A stretch of 64,000 nucleotides of DNA from Eledone cirrhosa (lineage: Eukaryota). The DNA lies in assembly GCA_964016885.1 (NCBI GenBank), contig OZ024743.1, positions 121,768,001 through 121,832,000 of the forward strand. Direction: 5' to 3'. The position numbers and the translations under genes were made by a program. Shown here in pieces: positions 41,621-54,319 of the stretch (the first letter of the stretch is position 1; each line of letters begins with the position of its first letter). The notes below the pieces were generated by a model. It made no database searches and was not told the origin of the DNA. It saw only the letters and a program-made list of their open reading frames with translations.

Positions 41621-42466
41621 ATAAGAGAATGAAGTCTTAGATTTGTGTGTATATGATGGTGAGAACAAAGGCAATGACACACGACCGTGACCTCTGGCAT
41701 CACGCAGTAATACAGAGTACCCGACCTCCCATGGGTACAAGCTGAAGCATATAGACAATATGCCCCCACACCCCCCACCGCAAGGTGGTTGTGGAGGTGC
41801 CACGGCAAAAAAGCACCCAGTCCACACTGTAAAGTGGACGTGTAGGCGCCACGAAAAAGCACCTAGCACTCACTGTAAATGAGGTTGGTGTTAGGAAGGG
41901 CATCCAGCTGTAGAAATCAAGCCAATTCAATTCCTGTATGAGCAAGGCATGGTCAGCCAACCAGACACTGCCCACAACAGGACAACCTGTCTAACCCATG
42001 CTAACGTGGAAGAACGGACGTAAAACGGTGATGATGATGATGAATATAGCATCTGATATCTATTATTTTCTACTGATAGGTGTTACCAGTAGAAAATAAT
42101 AGACTTATTAATTTTTTTCTTGTAAAACCAGAATTCTAGTTTACATATAAAGAAGACTCTTCAGCAGTGCCATAGACATGACAACCTCCGTAGTGTTGGT
42201 GATCTACACAATAAACAACCACCCAGTATACTTTGTAAAGTGGTTGGTGATAGAAAGAATACTCAAACCATAGAAAAACTGTTGAGAAATCTTTTCAGCT
42301 ATGCTAAAGCCATGACAACTTCCCTAGTGTTGGTGCCATCATTTAGAAGAACACAGGATCGTATGTCAGGCCTACTGACCCACATGAAAGTCAAAGGCTC
42401 CACTTGAATACTGACCGATCTGTGACGGCATGCCCAATATTTGCTAGCAGGAAAAACAGACATTAA

Positions 42467-42684
42467 CCCTTTAGCATTTAAACTGGCCATATCCGGCCAG
42501 AATTCTCTCACCTCATTCTGTTCAAACTGGCTGTAACCTGCTGTTCATACGTATGTCAAGGTATTGTTCTCAAAATAAATACTAAAATCTCATAGATTCA
42601 ATATTATATGAGATAATTATGTGAGATAAAGTAATTACCGTGAAAATACAATAGTATATACAGAGTAATGTAAATGCCAAAGGG
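42467..42684. mobile_element. TTAA-flanked piggyBac-type MITE
   Basis: TTAA|CCCTTTAGCATTTA...TAAATGCCAAAGGG|TTAA terminal inverted repeats. Confidence 0.78.
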
Positions 42685-42928
42685 TTAAACAATGATGATG
42701 ATTATGATATCTATGACCCGACCATCTCATTCCATTTCCTTACACATTCATCACTGCCTCTGTAACTCTCACTTTTCTCACCCAGTTACTTCCATCTTTT
42801 CTCAACACATAACCCAGCCATCAGATTCTATTTCTAGCCCATCATCCTCTGTAATTCATTGTCTTCCTTTCTCTCAGAAACACTCCACGCACACATGCAC
42901 ACAAATTAATTGTAATAGACATTTTTAC

Positions 42929-43079
42929 CAGTGAAGCCATATCTGCGTCCTTTTAAATGAGTATAGCACATCAAGGTTACGTCAGGATCATTATCACTGA
43001 TTACACTGGATATTGACAACCAATTCCAATGCTTCCAGGTTTTCCTTGGTTCATTATAATCATCTGATATAACATACAC
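42929..43079 (-). CDS. CTBS-like exon 2
   Basis: Acceptor tttttaatag|GTG, donor ACTG|gtaaaa, 151 nt. Encodes VYVISDDYNEPRKTWKHWNWLSISSVISDNDPDVTLMCYTHLKGRRYGFT(G), matching chitobiase VFVF..KTWKSYDWSQITTV..D..LMCYAHSKG. Confidence 0.92.
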
Positions 43080-43184
43080 CTATTAAAAAAAAATGTCAAC
43101 AATTCATTAAAATTATTAAAATCATACAAAAGTAGGAATCATATATATCTTCTTTGTATATATATATGTATATATATATTTCAG

Positions 43185-45192
43185 ACATGAAAAACCAACA
43201 TCAACTCTCCCCTCCCATTCCCACCCACCCCCCTACCAAGTTCCCATCTATCTCTCCCTGAACTCCATAACTTCAGACTTGGCACCATCAACGTTGGCAC
43301 CATAAAAAGTAGATCTGGAGAGATTGTAGAGATGCTTGAACGAATAAAAATCGATGTGTGCTGTGTATTAGAGACTAGATGGAGCAGTATGTCAGTTAGA
43401 TTCCTTGTAGGCAAAAACAATGCTACAAATGTTTCTGGGTGGGAAATGATGACAGGCTGGTTGGAGTAGGGATTTTGGTAGCAGAAAAGTGGGTAAACAA
43501 AGTTATTGCTGTAAATAGAGTAAATGACAGAATAATTAAACTTAAACTTGTACTAAACAGAATTACCATGACAATTATATCTGCCTACGCTCCTCAATCT
43601 GAACTTCCAGACATATAAAAAGACAGGTTCTATGAGTTTCTAATGCTCACTGCCTCTCAAATTAATGACAACAACTTCCTACTCATTGCAGGTGACTTCA
43701 ACGGACATGTAGGACAACTCTCCGATAGCTTTGATGGGATCCACAGGGGTTACAGGTACGGTTCTAGAAAAGAGGAAGGCTTCAGACTACTGGAATGCTG
43801 TGACGCCAATGACCTATCTATTTGTAACACGAACTTCAGAAAACGAGACAGACACCTAATCACATATAGATCAGGTGACCTCGCCAGCAAATTGATTTCA
43901 TTGTTACTAGAAGACGAGACAGAGTGAAGAATGCACCACCCAACCTAACCTAGTAGTTAGCAACCTTATAGTCAGGGCTAGAAGAACTCGACACCGGAAG
44001 CCATCCTGGAGGAGACGAGTATGGAAGTTAAACAGCCCATCAAACAGTGGCAAATTTAGAAGTATGTTGACCAACGCCTTCAACAGCAAGGAAGAGCAAA
44101 TAGGGATATACGATATAGAGGAGCAGTGGGAGTTCCTGAAAGATAAGCTACTGAAGGCAATAGATGAAATCTGTGGTTGGTGTAGGTCTCTAGAGAGGAG
44201 AGAGTGACTTGGTGGTGGAATAGTAAAGTAGATGAGACAATTCAGGCCAAAAGACAGTCTTGGAAAGATTGGCATAATGGGGGTAGCAGGGAAGTTTACC
44301 AGAAGGCTAGGAGAGAAGGTAGGCGACAAGTTTACCCTGCTAGAAGAGAAGCAGAAAACGAAAAATTTAAGCATGTTTTGCAGCGTGAAGATAAAAGACA
44401 TGAGGTGTTCAGAATCACAAGACAGTGTGTCAGGGAAAATTATGATGTCAGTCGAGAGAAGTGTGTCAGAAATGACTTTGGCGAACTTGCCCTCACTGAC
44501 GTTGAAAAGAAGGTAGCATGGAAGTGCCACTATGAAAGATTACTGAATGAGGAGAATGCATGGTATAAAGACAGTCTGTCACATGATGACCCAACAGAGG
44601 GACCAGCTGTATAAGTTAGCAGTAGTATAGTAAGTAAGGCAATCAAGCATATGAAGTCAGGCAGGGCAGCCGGCCCCGCAGGGATAGTTGCTGAGATGTT
44701 GAAAACCTCAGGTATGGTGGGCCACACCATAGTCTCCCGCATTGTAAACCAAGTCATACCCAATGACTGGTGTAGCAGCATCATTGTAAACTACTACAAG
44801 GGCAAAGGAGATGCCCTAGATAGAGAAAACTATAGAGGCATTAAGTTGGATGAAAGTCACTGAAAGAGTCTTAGCTCAGCTGATTAGAGAACGTGTTAAC
44901 ATAAATGAGATGCAGTTTGGATTTGTACCACAGATGCCCTCTTCCTTGTAAGACAACTGAAGCAGAATTACCTAGCTAAGAGTAAGTCCCTTTACCTGGC
45001 TTTTGTCGACCTTGAGAAAGCTTTTGACAGAGTCCCCCGTTCCACTATCTGGTGGGCTCTTAGGAAACTATGAGTTGATGAATGGCTTGAGGGCAATTCA
45101 AGAAATGTATCGAAGGTTAGAATTAACAATGACTATAGTGAAGAATTTAGCATGAAGGTTGGTGTCCATCAGGGCTCTGTTCTTAGCCCTCT
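43185..45192 (+). mobile_element. RTE LINE fragment (APE and N-terminal half of RT)
   Basis: GTINVGT, SAYAPQ, IAGDFNGHVG, TWWWN, YRGIKL, AFVDLEKAFD and GVHQGSVLSP, with frameshifts. Confidence 0.9.
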
Positions 45193-45827
45193 TCGACGAA
45201 AAGCACCCAGCCCACACTGTAAAGTGGACATGTAAAAGACACGGCAAAAAGCACCCAGCACACACTGTAAATGTGGTTAGCATTAGGAAGGGCATCCAGC
45301 CGTAGAAAACCAGCCCACACTGTAAAGTGGACGTGTAAAAGACATGGCAAAAAGCATCCAACATACACTGTCAATCCAACCGTAGAAAACCAGCCAGAAA
45401 CTCTTCTATATGAGCGAGACATTAACTCTAAATGGAACAAACCTGTCTAACCCATGCTAGCGTGAAAGACAGACGTTAATCGATGCTGAAAGCATACATT
45501 TATATTCGATCATATAAGAGACATACAGATGAAAAAGCAGTGAACTTATTCTTTTATCATTGCAAACACAAGCTCAGACAAAAAGTGGTCGTGTAGGAGA
45601 CACGGTCAAAAGGCTCCTAGTCCACACTGTAAATATGGTTCGTGTTAGAAAACCTGCCAGAGACAGTTCTGTACGAGCGAGACAGTCTCCCGACCAATCT
45701 CACCTGAGGTGGGACAAAACTGTCCAACCCATGCCAGCATGGAAGATGGACGTTAAACGATGATGGTGATATAGTATTAATAAATAAAGGAACAAAGAAT
45801 CAGTCTTACATCATATACATATTTATT

Positions 45828-45919
45828 ACATATTACATATGTTTCACTGTCGATCAGCTTGAGGAATGATCTATTAATGATCGAACTTGACTCTGGAATC
45901 AGACACTCCTCAGAAATGT
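45828..45919 (-). ncRNA. Hammerhead motif with long stem II, in host intron 1 and sense to the gene
   Basis: Minus strand: ACATTT-CTGAGGA-gtgtc..gacagt-GAAA-C-atat-GTA-ATATGT. Stem I pairs at 5 of 6 positions. The stem II insert resembles that of the 61.7 kb motifs (tgattccagagt...tgatc). Confidence 0.65.
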
Positions 45920-45993
45920 TTTAATATGCAGGCTCCCCAAGAGCATCGAGTGCTCGCCCGGCATACTGCCTACGAACGCAATTAACTTGCACC

Positions 45994-46028
<35 letters not shown>

Positions 46029-46424
46029 CACCGCTTAACCACTATACAGCCACCCACCCACTTCTGTTCACAACGCTAAGTATTTACTGTAAGGTGGTCA
46101 TGTAAGTGTCACAACAAAAAACACCCAGCCCACACTATAAAGTGATCGTGTAGGAGTTATGACAAAAAAGCACCCAGGACACACTGGTTGGCATTAGGAA
46201 GGGCATTTAGCTGTAGAAACCTAGCCAGAAACAGTTCTATATGAGCAAGATACAGTCACCTGACCCAACGTGCCTCTAATAGAACAACCCGTCTAACACA
46301 TGCAAGCATGAAAAATGGACGTTAAATGATGATTATATATATATAACAAAGAGGGTGTGGTAAGATACCAGGTGGACCATAACGCACCAGAGTACTCAAT
46401 ACTTAGGGTAGTAGAGTGGGTAAT

Positions 46425-46599
46425 AGGAAAAGAGTCAGGACCCCGACGGCTGAGCTCCGGCTGTTTCGGCAGCTAGATCTGAACTAAGCCACTAATATAC
46501 TGGTGACTTAGACTAAGCCACCAGTATATTAGTGGCTTATTTCGGATCTAGCTGTCAAAACGGCTGGATTTCAGCCATCGGGATGCTGACCCTTTTCCT
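46425..46599. repeat. Fold-back palindrome, arms about 87 bp, almost no loop
   Basis: aggaaaagagtcagg...tggtgacttag / ctaagccacca...ctgacccttttcct. Mismatches are mostly transitions. It abuts (TA)n. Confidence 0.85.
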
Positions 46600-46688
46600 T
46601 TATATATATATATATATATATATAGTGGTAGAACACTGGAAGGTAATATCCGTAGTGGTAGAGCACTCAGTCCATGGGACGAGTTAGG

Positions 46689-46831
46689 TAGAAGTGGTTA
46701 CACAACAGTTAGTTCACCATACCGAAACAATTGTTTCACATTAGCGGATCCTCAGCTTACGAGCTGAGGATCCGCTAAGGTGAAACAATTGCTCTCGGTA
46801 TGGTGAACTAACTGTTGTGTAACCACTTCTA
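46689..46831. repeat. Fold-back palindrome, arms about 70 bp and 4-nt loop, each arm with a hammerhead-like core
   Basis: tagaagtggttacac...ctcagct-tacg-agctgag...gtgtaaccacttcta. Both strands read CTGAGGA-tccgctaa(g/t)gt-GAAA-CAATTG. Confidence 0.85.
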
Positions 46832-47099
46832 TATATATATATATCTTTAGGTTTGTTGGTTCACCACTGGATAGAACTGGTCATTCCGTATGGTCAATCC
46901 TGGTGTAATATTGTGAAGAGTACTCAACGCAGTGCAGTTCACCCATCTTCGTTTGTGTAGTTGGTGGTGCGAATACGGAGTTAATTATAAATGAAATAAA
47001 ATAACAGGAGGCTGGAAATGAAATAAAATAACAGGAGGCTGTCTCTGTCTCTGATTTTTCGGACCCATGGTTTTTTACATATTCCTTTGTTATATTCCA

Positions 47100-47157
47100 A
47101 TACCTGATGATATCACCGGATTCATATGGAACCTGGTCATTGAAATGATCATAGTAT
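47100..47157 (+). ncRNA. Type I hammerhead ribozyme motif
   Basis: ATAC-CTGATGA-[31-nt imperfect stem II]-GAAA-T-gatc-ATA-GTAT. Stem III is palindromic (ATGATCAT) with an AUA triplet, and stem I is 4 bp. Confidence 0.65.
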
Positions 47158-47241
47158 AATAAACCTTTCAAGGATTTACACAAGTCCAGCCTGCTGTTAT
47201 TTTATTTCATTTATATATATATATATATAAAGATAAAAATA

Positions 47242-47287
<46 letters not shown>

Positions 47288-49218
47288 TATATAAAGATAA
47301 AAATATAACTATTAGCATGCAGAGAGCTATAGTTTTATATAAAGCTGAATAAGTTTATGTGGTTACAAGTGGAAGATATGAGAGGTAAAAAATACAGAAA
47401 GATAGATATAAACACAGAGAATATCCAACAAAAGAAAATGATAGAATAAAGATCTTATCTCATTTAATGCTTTACAATTGTTTTGGCATTACTACCGATT
47501 AGTACACAGTTAGGCAAAATTAGAGAAAGAATAAAATTGTGTACATGTGTATAAAAGGAAGTAATGTGTCAACAAAAGCAAAAACAAGCAAAATAATAAA
47601 AATAAACAAAATACGGCCTACAGGGCAAGATGCAGTCCACTAGAAGTTTACAATTCAATATGACTGCCAATATATATATATATATATGAAAATGGTTTAT
47701 TCCCTTCTATCGAATGTTGATCAGGCAATTCCATGGCTGCAGACAATAAATTCTTAATATCTGCACTCCTAATTTACTTTTAACTAAATTAGTTGAGTGC
47801 CAAGATAGAAATCTATTTTTAGATCTTATTTCCTCTTCCAGTCACTTCTGTGCGCCAACACATTTCACTTTGTCCTCCTCCCCTTTCAATCTTTTCTACA
47901 TTACATCTGCCTGTCACTCACCTTGTGGATTGTCTCTCTGTTGACCACTGGCTGCTAGTCTCTGTCCTCTGAGGCATTTTTGCCCATTGCTGTCTTCAAC
48001 AGCATTAAGCTGTTTTAACAGTTGTTCTAGCAATGAGTGTTCTCATTTTTATATGTATTCTAATCTTGTATGTTTGCCAGTAATTTACTCCTAAGGAAAC
48101 ATGTGACTGCATTTGCAGCTATATTTCTGTAACAGTAGCAGTGGCTATAACAGTTCTGCGAATTCATTACTATTCCTATTGGATAAGATCTGCTGATGAA
48201 GCCCATCTGTTCTACTTGCAACTGCTGTAACGGTGCACCTACACATAGCCAAGTGTAGTAGAAACCTGTGCTAGTCCAGGTAAATGATTTTTTCCCTAGG
48301 TTTTTATTATTGTTGCTCATTACGCTGTTTATGCCTCCCGTACAAAGTCACAGTTGCCACTCTGAGAAAACAGTTTATTTCCATCTATCACCATGTGTTG
48401 ATTGGGCAATTCAGGATTTGTCAGGTTATATTGCTTTCAGGCAGAGCTGGAGACAATGAATTCCTAATATATATATCACCATCATTTTACACCCACTTTC
48501 ATGCTGGCATGAGTTGAGCAAATTGTCACAGACTGAGACAAGACAGGTTGGACAACTGTTCCATTTTTGGCAAAGTTTCTACGATTGGATGCTCTTCCTA
48601 ATGAAAATCCACTTTATAGTGTACCAGGTGCATTTTATCATGGTACCATATATAATATATATATATAGGACTGGGTTCCCTATCATGAAAACACCAAAAA
48701 AAGCTCCTACGAGATGTAGCCTCATAGAGGTCAGCTAAACCTACTCAAGTGTGAGGCATAATGACGACATATATGCGCATGCACTTGTGTTTGTGTATGA
48801 GAGGGAGCATAAGTGTGTGTGTTGAAGCAGTATGGCTGAATGTTTAATAAGTTTGTTTCCTAATCATAAGATCCCCGGTTCAATCCTACTGCATGACATC
48901 TTTGAGTAAGCATCATTAACTATAGCCTCAAGTTGACCCAAGCCTTGTGACTAAAATTGGGTGTATGAAACTATTTGGAAGCCCGTTGGATGAACCGTAC
49001 CTGTCATGCTGAATCTTCCTGGAACAGCTGTCTAAGGAATGCTCAACCCTTTAACTCGGTAATTTCACGAGCAAGCTGTTCTGTTTATCGAAGAACTGGA
49101 ACACTTATGGTCGAAACTGACAGAGGTCCATTCCATCTTTCTTGCTTACATGTGTGTGTGTATATATATATATATATTTATATAAGCACACACACATACA
49201 TTATCTCGCTATTTATTA

Positions 49219-49836
49219 TCTATATATCTAAAACAGAGAATGTCTGTCTGTCTGTCTGACTCCCTAAAACTCGAGAACCACCCAACTGATTGTTTTCAAA
49301 CTTTACACATCTAATACTTATGGTCCTGTGAGTGTTTTGAGCAAAAGATATTTCAAATTTTCAATGCCCTAGGGACTGCATTAGGCGATTTAGCGATCTC
49401 TCTCTATAATTCTTAGTCTTTTTTTTTAGATAGATGCATAGATATAACGTTGCGCCCTTATAATATCTGTCTGTATGTCTGCATTACGACATTATGATGC
49501 TATATGTGTGTGTGTATATGTATATATAGTGTGTGTGTATATATATAGTGTGTGTAACGTTTTTCGAAATATTTTACTTCTGCATTCACAGATTGATTTT
49601 TTTAGTTTCAGAAGATCCTGTTATGAGTGAAACAGCGATTCTTTGCTTAAACTTTAATCTGTTATTTTAATATATATATATATATAATTATATATTCGTA
49701 TACAGATATTTTTGCATACACAATAACAAAATATAAACAAACGTATTTATTTCACGAGGCTTGATAAGGATAAATATATATCAAATATATAAGAACCCTA
49801 GAGCAAATCCTGAGCAACGCCGGGCCATTCTGCTAG
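49219..49836 (+). mobile_element. Non-autonomous Helitron
   Basis: Starts A|TCTATATATCTAAAAC and ends with GC-rich gcaacgccgggcc..CTAG|T. Related pieces lie at 59430-59610. Confidence 0.75.
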
Positions 49837-52033
49837 TATATGTTAATATTAATACTTTTGCAAAATTTAATTTGAATCTAAGAAATGTCTTCGTGTGTGT
49901 CTAAATGCAGAACTTTTGACAAATAATTCCTAAGTCTGTGACGTTCGAGACTTTTGGTGGAGTCTGGCCGCTGACAGCGAAGTTCTTGTCATTGCTTGCC
50001 TTACTGAGGTGCCAGGTGATGCCCGTGATTGTGCCTGGTTGTTTCAGCGCCTTAGCCTCGCCATCGCCCGTGGTAATGTTACGAGTGTGTTGGCTTGTCT
50101 CAAAGTGTCGCACTTGGTGAATTTTCGTTTTTGCTCCCCTCTTTTTTTTTTTTTTTTACTTTTTCTCGCTCTGGTCATGTTTTGATGCATTGTTTTTGTG
50201 ATGTTCCTGGCGGTGTTTGGTTGTATTTGTTATATGCGTTTATATTTGTGTTATACTATAATAAATACTATTCCTAAATATAAAATTAAAAAAATCTGGT
50301 GAGGCTCAATGGCTTCGAGGTTTTTAAAAAGTTGTTCGATGTTAGCCAACTTAGATCGAAAGATGGACTCGAAGGCGTGGTCAGTAATTGGGGCTCCAAG
50401 GGAGCACCATGCTGATGAGAAAGGAACTGCGATAGAAGGGAAGTATCTGTAAACAAGTCAAGTATGCTGATGTGAAACTAAGTTGTGGGGGGGGGGGGGG
50501 CAGAGCCCGCATATGGAACTGTAGACGTGAAGGCCCCTGCGACCCAGTTCCTCAATCATCGTTTACGCGGTCGCAAGGACTTTGTCTGGAGGACTCACAC
50601 ACACAAAACGGTGGTAAATTGATGGTCGTTTTTATTTTTGTTCCCCTTTTTTTTTCTTTCTCTCGCCCTGATCGTATATTTTGATGCGTTATATTTGACA
50701 GGTTCCTAGCAATGGTTAATTGTATTTATTACGTGTTTATATTTTCATTCTGAAAAAATTGAAAACAATTTGTAATGTTATTTATACAATTGTGAATAAA
50801 ATCTACGAGATCCATTGAATAAAACAATAAACAGTAGGCTGGTTTCATGAGAGTCGATCGATAAGCGTCAGTTTATTTACAAATAAATGCTTATACTGCT
50901 ATTCCATAGAATCAGCAGACATGCGCATGCATGCTTTAGATAGTGATACTTAATTGGAAGATGTTGACATTGATAGATATCAGTATTACTTGGAAATATG
51001 AAAACTATTTGCAAATATGAAAACTAAACGCGGGAAGAAGCTTGCAAAACGATGTGGTCAAACTGGATAAAAAAAAACGATATAAACAAATTACACTAAT
51101 AATAATGACTTTTCAAGAAAAAGTTAGGGATTTAGAAATATCGGAGCTGAATATACTGTGATTTTACCTGTTCTCAGTGAGAAAAAGCAATGTATACATA
51201 TGGCTCTCAGGTTAATTATCAGCACATGACAGTCTATAAGAATAATTTATTATATATTGAAACGTTCAAAACATAACAATGAGATTTCATTCCAATAATA
51301 ACAATAATTATTTTATCAATTAAATAGAACGCAGTATAAAATTGCATTTGTTGACTGACAAAAATGAACATTTAAACTGGTTTTATTTTACGAACCCACC
51401 ACGCCCGTATAAATTTTTTTTTTTCCAAAGAACAAGTAAATAAATTCAATCTGTAAATTATTGACATTAGTGCCTCTACTAGTATGTCTAAGAATCGTAA
51501 ATTTGTTAGATAAAAGTCTCGTTTTGCTGTTTAGACCCAAATCAGCTCTGATCGAACAGACCTATGATCCAGAGTTCCAGCCGTAACCATTTAAACTTTC
51601 TTCTATATCTAGAACTACATTATCTGGCGTATCCTTCCTTTTTAAATGCGATTGAGCGTAGTTTGATAGGATATTCAGCTATTATTTCTAGCAGGCAGAA
51701 CACCTGCATTGAGGATCCTTGTATGCTAGATCTTTTTGAATTGTCAACTGACTGATTACTAGTCCTTACTTAATCGATTACCAGGATATGTAAAGACGGT
51801 ACAAATTATAAGCAAATGTGGACTAAAACACTTTTTTTTTTACATTGTGCAAACACGCTATATCCTGGATATATATCTGGAATAAAATTTCTCAGGACAA
51901 AACAAAAGTTAATGAACATAGTGATAACCTAATACCCCCCCCCCCCCCCAATCGAACCAATAGTTCTAACTAACACACACTAAATAAATAAATAATATAA
52001 ATTAAAATAAAAAATTAAATGGGGTCTACTAGC

Positions 52034-52198
52034 CTCTTTTCTTTCGTGTTTCAGATGATCTCCATTTGGTACTCGAAGACACTGGTACTCTTCTTCACAT
52101 GGACACTCCTTCGATGGTATTTTAGTACTATCACAGCATAGTATTCCCACAAGTAAAATTATTATTGAAAATAGATATTTACTTGATGATTCAGTCAT
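52034..52198 (-). CDS. CTBS-like (GH18 di-N-acetylchitobiase-like) gene, coding exon 1: signal peptide and CPC motif
   Basis: ATG at 52198 gives MTESSSKYLFSIIILLVGILCCDSTKIPSKECPCEEEYQCLRVPNGDHLKHERKE (55 codons). It has a hydrophobic signal peptide and a C-P-C-x5-C motif like the chitobiase N-terminus (DCPCPEPELC). It ends in phase 0 at GAG|GCTAGT, a putative GC donor. Confidence 0.85.
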
Positions 52199-52436
52199 AT
52201 CAATAGTTATTAAGCAGACTAAAAACTTGCTACTTCAACAACTGTATGATACGTTAAATCAATAACAGAAAGGCGACCTTTATGTCAGATAACCTTTTTT
52301 TTTTAAGTTAAAACGAAAAAAAAAACTTCTAACACACTTCTACATCTACCTACGAGGACTCGAATTGCCTACGCACAAAGAAAAGATAGGGGTAGTAGCA
52401 CGAGTCTCAGAAAGTTATCGGAATAAGGCCATGCTG

Positions 52437-52496
52437 TGACGTCATATCAGTTGACTAATGGCTGGGACAGACACAGTTTACCTACTCTTACTTCCG
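52437..52496. promoter_or_regulatory. Candidate proximal promoter sites of the CTBS-like gene: CRE (TGACGTCA) and ETS-type core (ACTTCCG)
   Basis: Perfect TGACGTCA at 52437-52444 and ACTTCCG at 52490-52496, about 240-300 nt upstream of the ATG. Motif matches only. Confidence 0.35.
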
Positions 52497-54319
52497 TAAC
52501 TTAAATTTAATGTATACATCTATAATTAGTTGAATAAAACTTGTTTCTGAGCTGTTATTGGCAACGCTTGCTTAAAAACAAAAACAAAAAAGCAGTTCTA
52601 GAACTCTCGCGTTTTATTTTGGAGGTTTTAATATTACAATAATATTTTACTTCATGTTTTAATTCTACATTTCAGGATATACCTGTAATATATTAACGTT
52701 CTCACCTGTAACAATCACCTTTCGCTTTCTTTAATTAAGTCAAACATTAAGATGATTCTTTTTCTTTTTGTACCATATTTTAAAATTTAGATTATATTTG
52801 ATGCCATCAATAATAGGATTGACATTTAATGTGTTAAAGTTTATATTAACATTATATTGATTTTTAATAACATTTACAGCTCATGGGGGGGGGGGTCGAG
52901 AGTATTTTAATGATAGGGTCCCCAATCCTGTCACGAAAAGAAGTGTTTTGCTCAAGAATACACCCTTTTTCCGGTCCAGGAATTGAACTCACAATCTTAT
53001 TATCCTGAGTCCAACCTTCTAGCCACCAGGCCACCTGCCTTCACTTGAGTTATAAATACCAGAAAATGAACAGGTGTGCTAAAAATATTTATTTGATTAT
53101 GAATCATTCTTCTTTAAAAGGAAGTAGATCCCTCATATGGGACGCCACCTGCTGCGACACGTTCTCCGCCTCCAGCTTAGTCGCTTCGGCCACAAACCCC
53201 GGCATCGCAGAAGAACGTAAAATAAACAAATATTGGGGTTTGTCAGGCCGCTTCCTCTTCGTACCGGTCCCCGTCGAGACCTCAGGTGTACTGCCGAGCT
53301 CCTCCGCAAGATCGGAGCATCGGCGGCTCGTCTGAGGAAGGGCCCTGCGATGTCACTGGCCATCGTCCGAGGGAATGTTTTTACCGTCTTGTCCGCGGGG
53401 CGCAGCACTCCTTCCCCCTTGCCCTAGGCCCAAAACCCAGTCACCCTCCCCTTCACCCCTCCCTTCTCTTCTGCGACGTCAGAGCTCTTGCCACCCCCTC
53501 CCTTTCCCGTTCTTTTTCTTCTATCTTTCTCTCTTTTTTTTCTCGATATTTCCCTATTCTTTCTTTCCTTTTGTTTCCCCCCTTTTTTTCTTACTTAAGG
53601 TTTGTTTTTGGCTTTTGAATACATTTTCTTCTCTTATTTACCCTTTCATAGATAAGTAAAAATAAACGGTAAACCCAGTAAATGTGAATCAATCATTATA
53701 ATACGCTGTGTAGGTGTGTGTGTGTGTTGGTGAGGAGGGTGATATTTGGACACGCTGCGGGATGAAATACCAGACCTGGCAAAAGACGGGGGAATTCAGT
53801 AGAGTCAACGGTCATCCAAATAATGTGTACATGTGTGTGGGTGTGTCTTCTATCTATATATACTTGTATATGCATTTTAAATTTCTCATTTTTCATTCTT
53901 TTTATCTTCTAACATTTTTTTTAACTTGTCATGCTTGGTCACCTTTGGCCCGTGAGGATAATACAACTAATGAGGTTCTGACTAAGAAGGAGTAGGGATC
54001 CCACAGAAGGTGTTTGGTGCGTGTGAAGCGAAGTTTGTGGTTGTTGTTGAAGAAGATAAATACGACAAATACTATAATTTTCGTTATATATATATAACTT
54101 TATTCCACTTGAGTTAAGAGGGAAAAGAATCTGTGTTTATTATGCTACGCAATTACAAAGTGACAAGTTGTTTCAGGATGTACATACTAGCATATGTAGT
54201 AGTAATCTCGCAGTGCAAAGGAGGTGTATGATTCTGTGTGTTGTAATTGATATGCCGATGGAAGAATTGCTGTAGGGCCCTTGTCGACACGGCTGATTCT
54301 TTATTTTTATTTATTTATT

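Noticed and set aside
48190-48280. CTGATGA ... GAAAC as another hammerhead
   Set aside because: There is no convincing stem II closure or NUH/stem I pairing.
53045-53660. GC-rich block with overlapping ORFs as a CpG island or gene
   Set aside because: It looks like the 3' end of a LINE (a similar segment occurs at about 50530-50650) with no coherent protein or splice structure. I could not assign the family confidently.
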